DNA from: Bacteroidales bacterium
Lineage (GTDB): Bacteria; Bacteroidota; Bacteroidia; Bacteroidales; GWA2-32-17
Assembly: GCA_026417155.1 (NCBI GenBank)
Contig: JAOADU010000056.1
Coordinates: 28,229-92,228 of the forward strand
DNA length: 64,000 bases
Direction of reading: 5' to 3'
Part shown: positions 27,540-37,697 of the stretch, in pieces
Position numbering within the stretch: the stretch's first letter is position 1
Layout: every line of letters starts with the position of its first letter
Program-made: the position numbers and the translations under genes
The notes under the pieces: model-generated
What the model was told of the DNA's origin: nothing
The model's database searches: none
Seen by the model: only the letters and a program-made list of their open reading frames with translations

Positions 27540-28757
27540 ATGAATTTTTTAATGAAATGGGTAATTTTGGTACAGGTCTCTTTTTTAACGACTACTAGTC
27601 TTTTACTACATTCGCAAAGTAATGTTAATGCTGTTTCTACAATAGTTATCGATGCTGGTCATGGCGGTAAAGATCCCGGAGCAGTGGCTTTCGGAATAAA
27701 GGAAAAAGAAATAACATTATCTGTGGCTCTAAAACTTGGAAAGCTTATTAAAGAAAATTATAGAGATGTAAAAGTTGTTTACACAAGGACTAACGACGAA
27801 TTTATTGAATTGTACCGTCGTGCAAAAATTGCTAATAATGCCAAGGCCGATTTATTTATTTCCATTCATGTGAATAGTAGTAAAAAGCCCGACCCATATG
27901 GAGCAGAGACGTATGTTATGGGTTTATCTAAGTCAGATGCCAATCTCGATGTTGCTATGACAGAAAATGCTGTTATTCTCAAAGAAGATGATTACAAGAG
28001 TCAATACGAAGGCTTCGATCCTCATTCGCCCGAAGCATATATTATTTTTTCTCTCTATCAGAACGCTTTTTTAGATCTTAGTTTAACATTTTCTTCCTTT
28101 ATTCAGCAGGAATATTTAAAAATTAACAGAGAAAATAGAGGAGTTAAGCAAGCTGGTTTTTTAGTGCTATGGAAAACTGCTATGCCAAGCGTATTAACAG
28201 AAATAGGATTTATTAGCAATGCAGAAGAAGCAGCATATTTATCGGACGAACGAAACCATTGGTTAATTGCTAAATCAATATTTAATGCGTTTAGCAAATA
28301 TAAGGCACAACTCGAAAATGCAAAACCGATAGAATTGGAATATAAAGACATCAAACCATATATTGCTGATACTAAACAAGCAACCGATACTATCAAGAAA
28401 AACAAATTGCCCAAAGACACATTATACAAAGCAACAATTTCTACCGATAGTGTTCAAAAAAATGATTTTCAGAAAGTTGCAGAACAATTCATTCAAACTA
28501 AGTCAAACGATTCGGTGTATTTTTATGTACAAATAGCATCGTCCGATAAGCCAATTAAACATTTTAAGGTATCTTCGGTAGAAGAAATTAAAGTAGAAAA
28601 TTCGTTTAAATATATTTGTGCAAAATCGCTTACCTATGCCGAAGTGCTTGAAAAACAAAAAGAAATAAAAAAAATGTACCCCGATGCCTTTATTATTGCT
28701 ATTAAAAATGGAAAAAAAATTCCTATAAACGAAGCATTGAAAAAAACAAAAAACTAA
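27540..28757 (+). CDS. N-acetylmuramoyl-L-alanine amidase (Amidase_3) with a C-terminal SPOR domain
   Basis: Amidase motifs IDAGHGGKDPGA and SIHVNS. The C-terminal SPOR-like module is YFYVQIASSDKPI...YKYICAKSLTYAEVLEKQKEIKKMYPDAFIIA. The start is moved from 27465 to the ATG at 27540, which precedes the signal peptide. Confidence 0.85.
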   Translation: MNFLMKWVILVQVSFLTTTSLLLHSQSNVNAVSTIVIDAGHGGKDPGAVAFGIKEKEITLSVALKLGKLIKENYRDVKVVYTRTNDEFIELYRRAKIANNAKADLFISIHVNSSKKPDPYGAETYVMGLSKSDANLDVAMTENAVILKEDDYKSQYEGFDPHSPEAYIIFSLYQNAFLDLSLTFSSFIQQEYLKINRENRGVKQAGFLVLWKTAMPSVLTEIGFISNAEEAAYLSDERNHWLIAKSIFNAFSKYKAQLENAKPIELEYKDIKPYIADTKQATDTIKKNKLPKDTLYKATISTDSVQKNDFQKVAEQFIQTKSNDSVYFYVQIASSDKPIKHFKVSSVEEIKVENSFKYICAKSLTYAEVLEKQKEIKKMYPDAFIIAIKNGKKIPINEALKKTKN

Positions 28758-28778
28758 CTTTACACGTTTAAATATAAT

Positions 28779-30080
28779 ATGGCGAAAATATCACGCGAAA
28801 TAAAGGCAGGTGTTATTGTAATTATCGCTATAGCTTTTTTTATTTGGGGTTATTCGTTTTTAAAAGGAAAAGATTTATTCGAGAAAACTTATTCATATTA
28901 TGCAATATATGATAGGGTTGATGGATTAATGACTTCTGCTCCCGTATATGTTAATGGATTAAAAGTTGGAAATGTTGGAAACATTAGTTTCGTAAACGAT
29001 AGCAATAGAAAAGTATTAATAGAAATAAAAGTTACTAAAGATTTTCTTATTCCTCAAAAAACAATAGCTGAAATATACAGTGCCGACTTAATGGGGACTC
29101 GAGCTATTAAACTTGTTCTTAGTAACGAAAAAAAATATCATTTGCCTAATGATACTATCTTATCTTCAGTTGAAGCCGATTTGAAATCGCAAGTTAGTGC
29201 TCAAGTACTGCCTCTTAAACACAAAGCAGAAGAATTAATAATGTCAATAGATTCTGTAATGACTGTTGTACAAAGTATTTTTGATAAACAAACGCGGTAT
29301 AATATTACTCGATCTATTGAAAACATTAGAGTTACGCTCGAAAATTTAGTAAAAACTTCTGTTACACTCGATACTTTAGTTCAAAGCGAAAAATATGCTT
29401 TAACACGAATAATTGCCAATATAGAATCAATTTCAGAGAATTTAAGAAATAATAATGAATTGATAAACAATATAATGAAAAATTTATCGGCAGTTAGCGA
29501 TTCGCTAATGCAAGCCAATATAAAGCAAACTGTATTAAATGCAAACAAAGCATTATATGAAGCAAACATCATCTTAGACAAAATTAATAAAGGTGAAGGA
29601 TCATTAGGAATGCTCATACATAATGATCAACTTTATAAAAATTTAGAGAGTTCTTCAAAAAATTTAGACTTATTGCTTCGCGATTTGAGGGAAAACCCCA
29701 AACGTTATGTTCACTTCAGCTTATTTGATTTTGGCCGCACCGTAATACTTGAGGATAATGAAAAAAATAGAAAAAAATATAAACAAGAAGACAAATCGAA
29801 TAACGATACCCTTACATCATTTAGAATTCAAATAAAAAGTTCAAAACAACCTATTTCCAAAAGATCACCCGAATTTAAGGGCTTTGAAAATATTCAAGAA
29901 ACTTATGTTGAAGGATGGTACAAATATACCATTGGTCAATTTTCCACTAAAGAAGAAGCTTTGCAATATAAAAATGATATAAGCAAAGCATTCCCCGACG
30001 CTTTTGTAGTTGTTTATAAAGGCAATTATCCCCAACAAATTAAAAATACTGTACCAAAAGATACCTTAATATTAAAGTAG
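28779..30080 (+). CDS. MlaD/MCE-domain protein fused to a C-terminal SPOR domain
   Basis: N-terminal TM segment plus MCE domain (VDGLMTSAPVYVNGLKVGNVGNI...ADLMGTRAIKLV), then a long helical region. The C-terminal SPOR-like module is FRIQIKSSKQPI...GWYKYTIGQFSTKEEALQYKNDISKAFPDAFVVV. Confidence 0.75.
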   Translation: MAKISREIKAGVIVIIAIAFFIWGYSFLKGKDLFEKTYSYYAIYDRVDGLMTSAPVYVNGLKVGNVGNISFVNDSNRKVLIEIKVTKDFLIPQKTIAEIYSADLMGTRAIKLVLSNEKKYHLPNDTILSSVEADLKSQVSAQVLPLKHKAEELIMSIDSVMTVVQSIFDKQTRYNITRSIENIRVTLENLVKTSVTLDTLVQSEKYALTRIIANIESISENLRNNNELINNIMKNLSAVSDSLMQANIKQTVLNANKALYEANIILDKINKGEGSLGMLIHNDQLYKNLESSSKNLDLLLRDLRENPKRYVHFSLFDFGRTVILEDNEKNRKKYKQEDKSNNDTLTSFRIQIKSSKQPISKRSPEFKGFENIQETYVEGWYKYTIGQFSTKEEALQYKNDISKAFPDAFVVVYKGNYPQQIKNTVPKDTLILK

Positions 30081-30368
30081 TTAACTATTCTCATATTTTT
30101 CAATCACACGTTTATTAAACCACTATTTTATTTGGCATTTTGTAAATAAGATATTACATTTGTAAGGTAAAACAGGCTTTTTATAAATATCTAAATATGT
30201 TCATACACTATAATGTTTTTTTGACGAAAGATTTAATTCAGAGCTTTGCCATTTATGAAAAAAAAACTTTATTTGCAATACGAAAAAAATTTTTTTCTAA
30301 ACTTTTTTTTTCACAATATTGCATAATGAAAAATGTAACTATAAGTTTAAGCTAAAACGTTGGAATAG

Positions 30369-31796
30369 ATGAGCAAAAGTCATATAGAAGTTTGGAATAG
30401 TTGTTTAAAAGTAATACGCGACAACGTTAAGCCTATAAGCTTTAAAACGTGGTTTGAACCTATTGTGCCGTTAAAATTAGAAAACAATGTATTAACAATC
30501 CAAGTGCCCAGTCCTTTCTTTTATGAATACATAGAAGAAAAATATATCGATTTATTAAGCAAGGTATTAAGAAAAGAAATTGGCGAAGATGCCAAACTTG
30601 AGTATAAAATAGTAGTTGACAATAATTTAGCATCTTCAAAACCATACACTATAAAAGTACCTACAAAAAATATTAGCGATTTGTCAAATCAAGATATTCC
30701 TATTCCTATTAACACAGAAGATAAAAATATTAAGAATCCATTTATATTACCTGGGATTAAGAAACTTAACGTAGATCCGCAACTTAATCCCGATTATTCA
30801 TTCGAAAATTTTATCGAAGGAGATTGCAATCGTCTTGCTCGATCGGCGGGTTATGCTGTTGCTTGTAATCCAGGAGGAACAGCATTTAATCCATTATTTA
30901 TTTACAGTGCAAATGGACTTGGTAAGTCTCATCTATCACAAGCTATAGGTATTGAAGTAAAAAAGCGTTATCCCGATAAGATTGTGCTGTATGTTCAGGC
31001 TCACAAGTTTGTTACCCAATTCATGGAAGCCATTCGCAGCAACAATAGCAACGACTTTGTTCATTTTTATCAAATGATCGACGTTCTTATCATTGACGAT
31101 GTCCACGATTTTGCTGGTAAAGAGAAAACGCAAGATATATTTTTCCACATATTCAATCATTTACACCAATTAAATAAACAATTAATTCTTACTGCCGATA
31201 AAGCTCCCGTAGAATTGCAAGGATTTGAGCCACGATTATTATCTCGATTCAAATGGGGATTGGCAGCCGATTTACAAGTTCCTGATTATGAAACTCGCCT
31301 AGCAATACTAAAAAGAAAGATTTACAACGATGGCATAGAAATGGCCGATGAGGTTTTGGAATACATAGCTTCGCACATTACCACAAATATCAGAGAAATG
31401 GAAGGAGCACTCATCTCTATATTAGCTCAATCGACATTAAATAAAAAAGAAATTACTATAGACCTTGCCAAACAAATTATAGATAAAATCGTTAAAAGTA
31501 CTCGCAGAGAAGTATCTATCGATTATATTCAAAAGGTAGTATGCGATTATTTTAATATTTCGGTAGATGCTTTGAAGTCAAAAACACGAAAGCGCGAAAT
31601 AGTACAAGCACGTCAAGTTGCAATGTATTTTGCAAAATCGTTTACAAAGAATTCGCTTGCAGTTATTGGTTCTATCATAGGCGGAAAAGATCATGCTACT
31701 GTTTTACACGCATGCCGAACTGTACAAAATTTGATGGAAACCGATAAAAAATTTAAACAGTACATCGATGAAATTGAGAAAAAACTTAAAATGTAA
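30369..31796 (+). CDS. dnaA: Chromosomal replication initiator DnaA
   Basis: Walker A (GANGLGKSHL), Walker B (IDDVHDF), and the domain IV DNA-binding signature (VQARQVAMYFAK, GGKDHATVLHACR). Confidence 0.97.
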   Translation: MSKSHIEVWNSCLKVIRDNVKPISFKTWFEPIVPLKLENNVLTIQVPSPFFYEYIEEKYIDLLSKVLRKEIGEDAKLEYKIVVDNNLASSKPYTIKVPTKNISDLSNQDIPIPINTEDKNIKNPFILPGIKKLNVDPQLNPDYSFENFIEGDCNRLARSAGYAVACNPGGTAFNPLFIYSANGLGKSHLSQAIGIEVKKRYPDKIVLYVQAHKFVTQFMEAIRSNNSNDFVHFYQMIDVLIIDDVHDFAGKEKTQDIFFHIFNHLHQLNKQLILTADKAPVELQGFEPRLLSRFKWGLAADLQVPDYETRLAILKRKIYNDGIEMADEVLEYIASHITTNIREMEGALISILAQSTLNKKEITIDLAKQIIDKIVKSTRREVSIDYIQKVVCDYFNISVDALKSKTRKREIVQARQVAMYFAKSFTKNSLAVIGSIIGGKDHATVLHACRTVQNLMETDKKFKQYIDEIEKKLKM

Positions 31797-31805
31797 AAAT
31801 AACCA

Positions 31806-31829
31806 AGCAGGGAACCCCTGCTTTTTTTG
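31806..31829 (+). terminator. Rho-independent terminator after dnaA
   Basis: AGCAGGG-AAC-CCCTGCT forms a 7-bp GC-rich stem and is followed by TTTTTTTG. It begins 10 nt after the dnaA stop. Confidence 0.7.
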
Positions 31830-31844
31830 TAATTATACCGTTGC

Positions 31845-32720
31845 ATGTTGTATCTTTTAATGGCAATATTTTCTTCCACGTCAATTTTCATCTTATTTAA
31901 AATATTCGAAAAATTTTCTGTTAAACCATATCCCGCTATTGTGTTAAATTATTTTGTTGCAGGCATATTAGGTTTTATTATTTTTAAGGGATATCATACA
32001 GATTTTTTTTATAATCTTTCCGTTGACTGGAGAATATGGATTATTGTTATAGGATTACTGTTTTTTTTGAATTTTTTATTAATCCAATATTCAACAGCTT
32101 TTATAGGAATGGCAACAACTTCGGTTGCTTGCAAAATTTCGGTTGTTATTCCTATAGTATTTTCTATTTTTTATGATAATGAACAAGTGGGATTTGCCAA
32201 ATTTGGCGGAATTTTAATGGCATTAGTTGCCATATTGCTTTTAACGTATAAAAAAAATGAACAAAAGAATGTCATTCGCTGGTGGCAATTATTATTGCCA
32301 GTTATTTTATTTGTTGGGTTAGGCTCTACCGATACAATGGTGAAATTTGTACAACAAGAACATGCAAAACAGTATTCAGCTTCGCAATTAACATCGTTTT
32401 TTTTTGGTTTTTCTTTTCTTAGTGCTTTTTTGTGGGGAATTTTTAAAAATAACTTTTTTAAATCTTTTGTTCATGTTAAAACATTCGTATTGGGTTCATC
32501 TTTAGGAGTTGTAAATTTTGGTTCAATTTATTTTTTGATATTATCATTGCAAAATGTAAGTTTAGACGATTCGTTGATCTTTGGTATTATAAATTTAGGG
32601 ATTATTTTATTATCTGTACTCATCGGACACTTTATTTTTAATGAAAAATTATTGAATTTAAATTGGTTAGGTATTTTGTTGGCTTTACTTTCATTTATTT
32701 TGTTAAGCATACATGGATAG
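31845..32720 (+). CDS. Polytopic membrane protein, possibly DMT/EamA-type permease
   Basis: 291 aa with about 10 hydrophobic segments arranged as two similar halves. No diagnostic motif recognised. Confidence 0.4.
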   Translation: MLYLLMAIFSSTSIFILFKIFEKFSVKPYPAIVLNYFVAGILGFIIFKGYHTDFFYNLSVDWRIWIIVIGLLFFLNFLLIQYSTAFIGMATTSVACKISVVIPIVFSIFYDNEQVGFAKFGGILMALVAILLLTYKKNEQKNVIRWWQLLLPVILFVGLGSTDTMVKFVQQEHAKQYSASQLTSFFFGFSFLSAFLWGIFKNNFFKSFVHVKTFVLGSSLGVVNFGSIYFLILSLQNVSLDDSLIFGIINLGIILLSVLIGHFIFNEKLLNLNWLGILLALLSFILLSIHG

Positions 32721-33309
32721 TTTTTTAACCATATCGAACAAATATACTGCTGTTTTTAAAGATAAAAAGAGTTCTTTTCATGCCGTTTTATATCCAATAA
32801 ATAAAGATTCAGAAATTAAAGAAATACTTAAAAAGATAAAAAAAGAGTATCACGATGCCAATCATCATTGCTATGCCTACCGTTATTTAAATGTAAATCA
32901 AACACTTATTGAATACTATAGCGACGATGGAGAACCAGCAAATTCTGCAGGTATTCCTATATTACACGAATTACAAAAAAAAATGCTTGTTAATGTATTA
33001 GCAGTAGTTGTTCGATATTTTGGAGGTATAAAATTAGGTGTTCCAGGTTTAATATACGCGTACAGACAAGCCACACGATTGGCAATTCAACAAGCTGACA
33101 TTTTATCGAAACAAGTTATGAAACCATTAAAGATTGAATGTAAATACCAGCATTTTGATACTGTTATGTCGCTAATAAAAAAATTTGATGCGGAAATAGA
33201 ATCGAAAAATATAGATGAAATGTGTGTAATTAATGTTTTTTGTCCGAAAGCAGAGTTTAATACATTTGTCCATGAATTAAGGAAGCAAAAGGTAACCGTA
33301 TATGCATAA
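32713..33309 (+). CDS. YigZ/IMPACT-family protein (UPF0029)
   Basis: Motifs KKSSFHAVLYP, ANHHCYAYR and DDGEPANSAGIPIL are typical of YigZ. Confidence 0.75.
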   Translation: MDSFLTISNKYTAVFKDKKSSFHAVLYPINKDSEIKEILKKIKKEYHDANHHCYAYRYLNVNQTLIEYYSDDGEPANSAGIPILHELQKKMLVNVLAVVVRYFGGIKLGVPGLIYAYRQATRLAIQQADILSKQVMKPLKIECKYQHFDTVMSLIKKFDAEIESKNIDEMCVINVFCPKAEFNTFVHELRKQKVTVYA

Positions 33310-34213
33310 TTTTTCATTATTACAACAATTGTGTAGTATTCACGCACCATCGGGCGAAGAGTATAGAGTTTTCGATTTTGTTCAGCAATGGCTTAAATTA
33401 AATGACCCGCATGCGATTATTGACAGAGATTCGCTCTATAATGCCATGTTTATTAAAAAAGGATTTTCATCGGTAGCATTTTTAGTACATGTCGATACAG
33501 TTGGATTTATTAAACAATATAAACAAAAAGTACTACCTATTGGTAGTCCCGATATTGCCAATTATGCAAATGTAAAAACATCATCAGGAAAAATTTATCG
33601 TGTATTTTCTGCAGGTGAAACATATCAAATAGATGATTATCAACAAACAAACACTGGTACTACATTTACTTATGAAACCAAACTTAATGTTAATTCCAAT
33701 TATATTCAGGGAACATATCTTGATAATCGTTTACATGTAACAATTGCCCTCGAAACAATTGCTAACTCCGAAAATTGTTTATTTGTTTTTACATCGAACG
33801 AAGAAATTTCGGGCGGTTGCACAGAAAAAGTAGCTCGTATTTTATATGAATCTTATCATATAAACAAAACTATTATTCTAGATACAACTTTTGCTTCTGA
33901 AGGGATACTTTTAGACAAAGGAGTTGTCTTGTCTCTTAAAGACGAATATTTACCAAGTCGCCCCTGGGTTGATGAAATACATCAATTATTATATAAAACA
34001 AAAATCCCCTTTCAAATAGAAGTAGCCGACTTTGGCTCAAGCGATGGAGCATACATCAGCAAAAGTCCGTATCCCATTCAATGGTGTTTTTTAGGAATTG
34101 CTTGTCAAAATTATCATAGTCCCGACGAAAAAGTATCTCTTTACGATGTGAATTTAATGGAAAAAACTGTAAATTTATTGATAATGCAGAATACAAATCT
34201 TAAATTTATATAA
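33302..34213 (+). CDS. M42-family metallopeptidase-like protein
   Basis: APSGEE near the N-terminus, then metal-ligand-like positions [26 protein letters not shown] and YHSPDE in M42 order. At 303 aa it is shorter than typical members. Confidence 0.6.
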   Translation: MHNFSLLQQLCSIHAPSGEEYRVFDFVQQWLKLNDPHAIIDRDSLYNAMFIKKGFSSVAFLVHVDTVGFIKQYKQKVLPIGSPDIANYANVKTSSGKIYRVFSAGETYQIDDYQQTNTGTTFTYETKLNVNSNYIQGTYLDNRLHVTIALETIANSENCLFVFTSNEEISGGCTEKVARILYESYHINKTIILDTTFASEGILLDKGVVLSLKDEYLPSRPWVDEIHQLLYKTKIPFQIEVADFGSSDGAYISKSPYPIQWCFLGIACQNYHSPDEKVSLYDVNLMEKTVNLLIMQNTNLKFI

Positions 34214-34215
34214 GC

Positions 34216-35133
34216 ATGAAAAACAAGAGTTTAATTTCTATTCATGATTACAGCAAAGACGATTATTTTAAAATTCTGGAGTTAGCAGATAGATTTCGTA
34301 AAAACTCCCAAGAATATGAAAATTTATTAAGTGGTAAAGTGGTTGCTACATTGTTTTTTGAACCATCAACACGCACGCGGTTAAGTTTTGAAAGTGCTGT
34401 TCAGCGTATGGGTGGCAGGATAATAGGTTTTTCCGACCCTGGTTCGTCAAGTGTTCAGAAGGGCGAATCACTCAAAGACACCATTCTGACAGTGGCTCAA
34501 TATGCCGATTTGATAGTTATGCGTCATCCAATAGAGGGGAGTGCACGGTGGGCAAGCGAAGTTTCGCCCGTTCCTATTATCAATGCGGGCGACGGGGCCA
34601 ATCAGCACCCTACACAATGTTTACTCGATTTATATACTATTAAAGAAACCCAAAATACTTTGGAAAACCTTACTATTACATTTGTAGGCGATTTAAAATA
34701 TGGTCGTACGGTGCATTCACTTATTCAGGCCATGTCGAATTTTAATCCGGTATTTTTCCTGGTTTCGCCCGAAAGCTTGAAATTGCCCAATGAATATAAA
34801 TTATTACTCGATGAACGAAATATAAATTATTCCGAACATAAAGATTTGCAAGAAGTAATAAAACAATCGGATATAGTTTATGTTACCAGAGTACAGCGCG
34901 AACGTTTTTCTGATCCCATGGAATACGAAAAAGTGAAAAATGCTTATGTATTAAGTGCATCTATGCTCGAAGGAACAAAACCCAATTTAAAAGTTTTACA
35001 TCCGCTTCCACGTGTTAATGAAATTTCTACCGATGTTGATGATACACAAAAAGCTTATTATTTTCAACAGGCATTAAATGGGGTATTTACCCGCATGGCT
35101 ATTATGGCTTTAATGTTAGGACTAAAAAATTAA
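34216..35133 (+). CDS. pyrB: Aspartate carbamoyltransferase catalytic subunit
   Basis: Motifs [15 protein letters not shown] and HPLPRV. Confidence 0.95.
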   Translation: MKNKSLISIHDYSKDDYFKILELADRFRKNSQEYENLLSGKVVATLFFEPSTRTRLSFESAVQRMGGRIIGFSDPGSSSVQKGESLKDTILTVAQYADLIVMRHPIEGSARWASEVSPVPIINAGDGANQHPTQCLLDLYTIKETQNTLENLTITFVGDLKYGRTVHSLIQAMSNFNPVFFLVSPESLKLPNEYKLLLDERNINYSEHKDLQEVIKQSDIVYVTRVQRERFSDPMEYEKVKNAYVLSASMLEGTKPNLKVLHPLPRVNEISTDVDDTQKAYYFQQALNGVFTRMAIMALMLGLKN

Positions 35134-35139
35134 CAATAT

Positions 35140-35598
35140 ATGGAAACAAAAAAAGAATTAGTAGTAAGTGCCATTAAAGATGGAACTGTTATTGATCATA
35201 TTCCTGCTAAAAGCTTGTTTAAAGTTATTAGTACATTAGAGTTAAATAACATTGAAACACCGATAACGATAGGCTTCAACCTTGAAAGTAAAAAACTTGG
35301 TAAAAAAGGTATAATAAAAATATCCGACAAGTTTCCCAACGACAATGATTTAAACAAAATAGCTTTGTTTGCTCCCGAAGCAAAGATAAATATTATTCGA
35401 AATTATGAAGTTGTTGAAAAGAAAGTTGTTCAGTTGCCCGATACAATTGAAGGTATTGTAAAATGTATGAATCCCAAGTGCATTACTAATTTCGAGGAAG
35501 TAAAAACGAAATTTACAGTTATCGATAAAAAAAATGTAGCTTTAAAATGTCGTTATTGCGAAAAAATTACAAGTCAGGAAAATTTTGAAATGAAATAA
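35140..35598 (+). CDS. pyrI: Aspartate carbamoyltransferase regulatory subunit
   Basis: N-terminal allosteric domain ([11 protein letters not shown]) and a C-terminal Zn cluster (CMNPKC...CRYC). Confidence 0.9.
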   Translation: METKKELVVSAIKDGTVIDHIPAKSLFKVISTLELNNIETPITIGFNLESKKLGKKGIIKISDKFPNDNDLNKIALFAPEAKINIIRNYEVVEKKVVQLPDTIEGIVKCMNPKCITNFEEVKTKFTVIDKKNVALKCRYCEKITSQENFEMK

Positions 35599-35612
35599 AA
35601 AATTGCCGTTGC

Positions 35613-36374
35613 TTGAAAGTAACTTTTTTGGGAACAGGTACATCGCAAGGCATTCCGGTAATAGCGTGTGATTGCAACGTTTGTCAGTCGAACGATAAGC
35701 ACGACAAACGTTTACGTTCTTCGATATTGGTCGAAGTAAATGATAAAGTTATTGTTATTGATAGTGGTCCCGATTTTCGACAACAAATGTTGCGCGAACG
35801 CGTAAAAAAATTGGATGCTATTTTATTTACACATGAACATAAAGATCATATAGCAGGGCTCGACGATATACGATCGTTCAACTGGATTTATAAAAAACCG
35901 ATGGATATTTATGCCGAAGAAAGAGTATTAAATGCTTTACAATTAGAGTACTCTTATGTTTTTGCTGATGATAAATATCCTGGAATTCCCGAAATGAATT
36001 TACATACTATTAGCGAAGAACCTTTTTTTATTGATAATATCTGTATTGTTCCTATTCGAGCCATGCATTATCGCTTGCCAGTATTGGGATTCAGAATTAA
36101 TAATATGGCATATATTACCGATGCAAATTATATTCCTGATTTTCAGTTTGAAAAACTTAAAGATTTGGATGTTCTTATTTTAAATGCATTACGAAAACAG
36201 CCACATATTTCACATTTTACATTGTCCGAAGCTATCGAAGTAGCCCAAAAAATAAATGCTCACATGACATATTTTACTCATATTAGCCATGTCATGGGAT
36301 ATCATCATGAAGTACAGAAAGAACTGCCACCTCGAATGGCTTTAGCTTACGATGGGCTTACCTTACAAATGTAA
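35613..36374 (+). CDS. MBL-fold metallo-hydrolase (PhnP/GPMC-like)
   Basis: MKVTFLGTGTSQGIP at the N-terminus and an HEHKDH (HxHxDH) motif. TTG start. Confidence 0.75.
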   Translation: MKVTFLGTGTSQGIPVIACDCNVCQSNDKHDKRLRSSILVEVNDKVIVIDSGPDFRQQMLRERVKKLDAILFTHEHKDHIAGLDDIRSFNWIYKKPMDIYAEERVLNALQLEYSYVFADDKYPGIPEMNLHTISEEPFFIDNICIVPIRAMHYRLPVLGFRINNMAYITDANYIPDFQFEKLKDLDVLILNALRKQPHISHFTLSEAIEVAQKINAHMTYFTHISHVMGYHHEVQKELPPRMALAYDGLTLQM

Positions 36375-36412
36375 CGATGCTTAAGTTTATTATTCAAAAA
36401 TTAAATGTCACA

Positions 36413-37051
36413 TTATTTGAATTCTATGCTTAAGATGGGACATAAAATGAATTTAAAGCCATTGTATTCTGTGTGCAGTTCGTTAAATGGGATTTGATTT
36501 ATTTTAATAAAATGGGTAAAACTGAAATCTAAAAAAAGTGCTTTAACATAAGGGAACATTGGAAAGTAATAGGGATTAAAATTTTCAACAAAAATTAAGT
36601 TGTTGTTAAGTGTGTCTATGTTTACTTCAGTTTTAGTAGAATATATTATTTTACGAATTATTTTGTTATGATTCAAATAGTTATACGATACATGATGAAT
36701 GTCTGAAAAGCTATAAACGTAAATGGAGGATAAGTGCAGACTGTCATATTCAAACACAATACTGTTTTCTAGTGTTTGAATGTTTGTATCTACTTTGTTA
36801 TTATTTATATGACAAAATTTCCATTTCAATTCAGTACAAAGCCCTTGATTATTGTAAGTAAATAAGAACCATTGAGCATTAAGCGATGAATCGAAAGCAT
36901 TATGCCTATTTATCCAATCTTTCGAAACAGGAATGACAAGTTCTATAGTTTGTATATTATGATGTTGAAAGTAATTTCTGTCAAATATTTGTTGCGGGAA
37001 TAAGTATAAACATTGTAAACAGAATAGTACACACAAGATTTTTTGGTACAT
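36413..37051 (-). CDS. Secreted hypothetical protein
   Basis: Signal peptide (MYQKILCVLFCLQCLYLFPQQ). TAATG coupling to the upstream small ORF. No family recognised. Confidence 0.5.
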   Translation of the reverse strand: MYQKILCVLFCLQCLYLFPQQIFDRNYFQHHNIQTIELVIPVSKDWINRHNAFDSSLNAQWFLFTYNNQGLCTELKWKFCHINNNKVDTNIQTLENSIVFEYDSLHLSSIYVYSFSDIHHVSYNYLNHNKIIRKIIYSTKTEVNIDTLNNNLIFVENFNPYYFPMFPYVKALFLDFSFTHFIKINQIPFNELHTEYNGFKFILCPILSIEFK

Positions 37052-37236
37052 TATTTTTTTCTAGAAACATTTTTGATTGTATCGGTTACAATACGCATGG
37101 AGTCTTTTTCTTCAATGGTTTTTACTAAGGGATCTTTTTCTTCAATTATTTTTACTTGGTGGGGTGGAGTTGTACGACAGGATAAAATAGTCAGCACAAG
37201 TATAAAAAATAAAAAGCGCAAAAAATTATTCTTCAT
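37051..37236 (-). CDS. Small (61 aa) lipoprotein with an internal 10-aa tandem repeat
   Basis: The sequence from the internal Met of the 37051..37314 ORF is MKNNFLRFLFFILVLTILSC, a signal peptide plus a lipobox Cys. Its start overlaps the stop of the upstream gene (GATGAAGAATAA) and its stop overlaps the downstream ATG (TAATG). Confidence 0.5.
   Translation of the reverse strand: MKNNFLRFLFFILVLTILSCRTTPPHQVKIIEEKDPLVKTIEEKDSMRIVTDTIKNVSRKK
37103..37162. repeat. 2 x 30-nt imperfect tandem repeat inside the small lipoprotein gene
   Basis: TCTTTTTCTTCAATGGTTTTTACTAAGGGA and TCTTTTTCTTCAATTATTTTTACTTGGTGG share 24 of 30 positions. They encode IIEEKDPLVK and TIEEKDSMRI. Confidence 0.7.
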
Positions 37237-37675
37237 CTTTTTCTTTTTCAAGTACTTTTTTCTTACTTTCGGTGGCTTCTTTCGATGTATTAGTAGTAGT
37301 TCTTCGCAATACACCTTCTAATTGAAAGCCCGGAGTTTTGTAACCAGCTTCTTCTTTATTGTTGGTAAAATATATGCGACCTTGAATGGAGTATTGTACT
37401 CCCATTTCTTCATCGTTTAAAAGCGAATCATTAGGATTTTTGGTTAAATAAACAGAAAAGTTCGAAAATCCCCATTTTTTAAATTTCCATTTACAATTCC
37501 ATTCTTCGTATTCTTCTTTTTTATCGGTTTTATACACAATGATATCAGCATCCTCTGGTTTATCTACTTCAAGCAAAACAAGATTAGCATCACCTGGATG
37601 GGTCATTTCAATAACAGTTTGAGCTTTTAAAAAGCTAAAAAGTAAAATACTCAAGATAGTAAAAATTAATCTCAT
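37226..37675 (-). CDS. Secreted hypothetical protein with an acidic/lysine-rich tail
   Basis: Signal peptide (MRLIFTILSILLFSFLKAQ). First gene of a three-gene coupled unit. No confident family. Confidence 0.55.
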   Translation of the reverse strand: MRLIFTILSILLFSFLKAQTVIEMTHPGDANLVLLEVDKPEDADIIVYKTDKKEEYEEWNCKWKFKKWGFSNFSVYLTKNPNDSLLNDEEMGVQYSIQGRIYFTNNKEEAGYKTPGFQLEGVLRRTTTNTSKEATESKKKVLEKEKDEE

Positions 37676-37697
37676 GTGCTATTAATATTTACACTTT

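Noticed and set aside
30244-30330. A 23-codon ORF (MKKKLYLQYEKNFFLNFFFHNIA) and homopolymer tracts upstream of dnaA, considered as a leader peptide or phase-variable tract.
   Set aside because: It has no SD or promoter context, and its composition is driven entirely by A/T runs. It is more plausibly just AT-rich spacer or an unwinding element.
37043-37321. 92-aa plus-strand ORF from the six-frame track.
   Set aside because: The product is low-complexity and Phe/Ser-rich. The ORF is antisense to a frame encoding a clean lipoprotein signal peptide whose start and stop are both coupled to neighbouring genes. I judged it the mirror of the real minus-strand gene.
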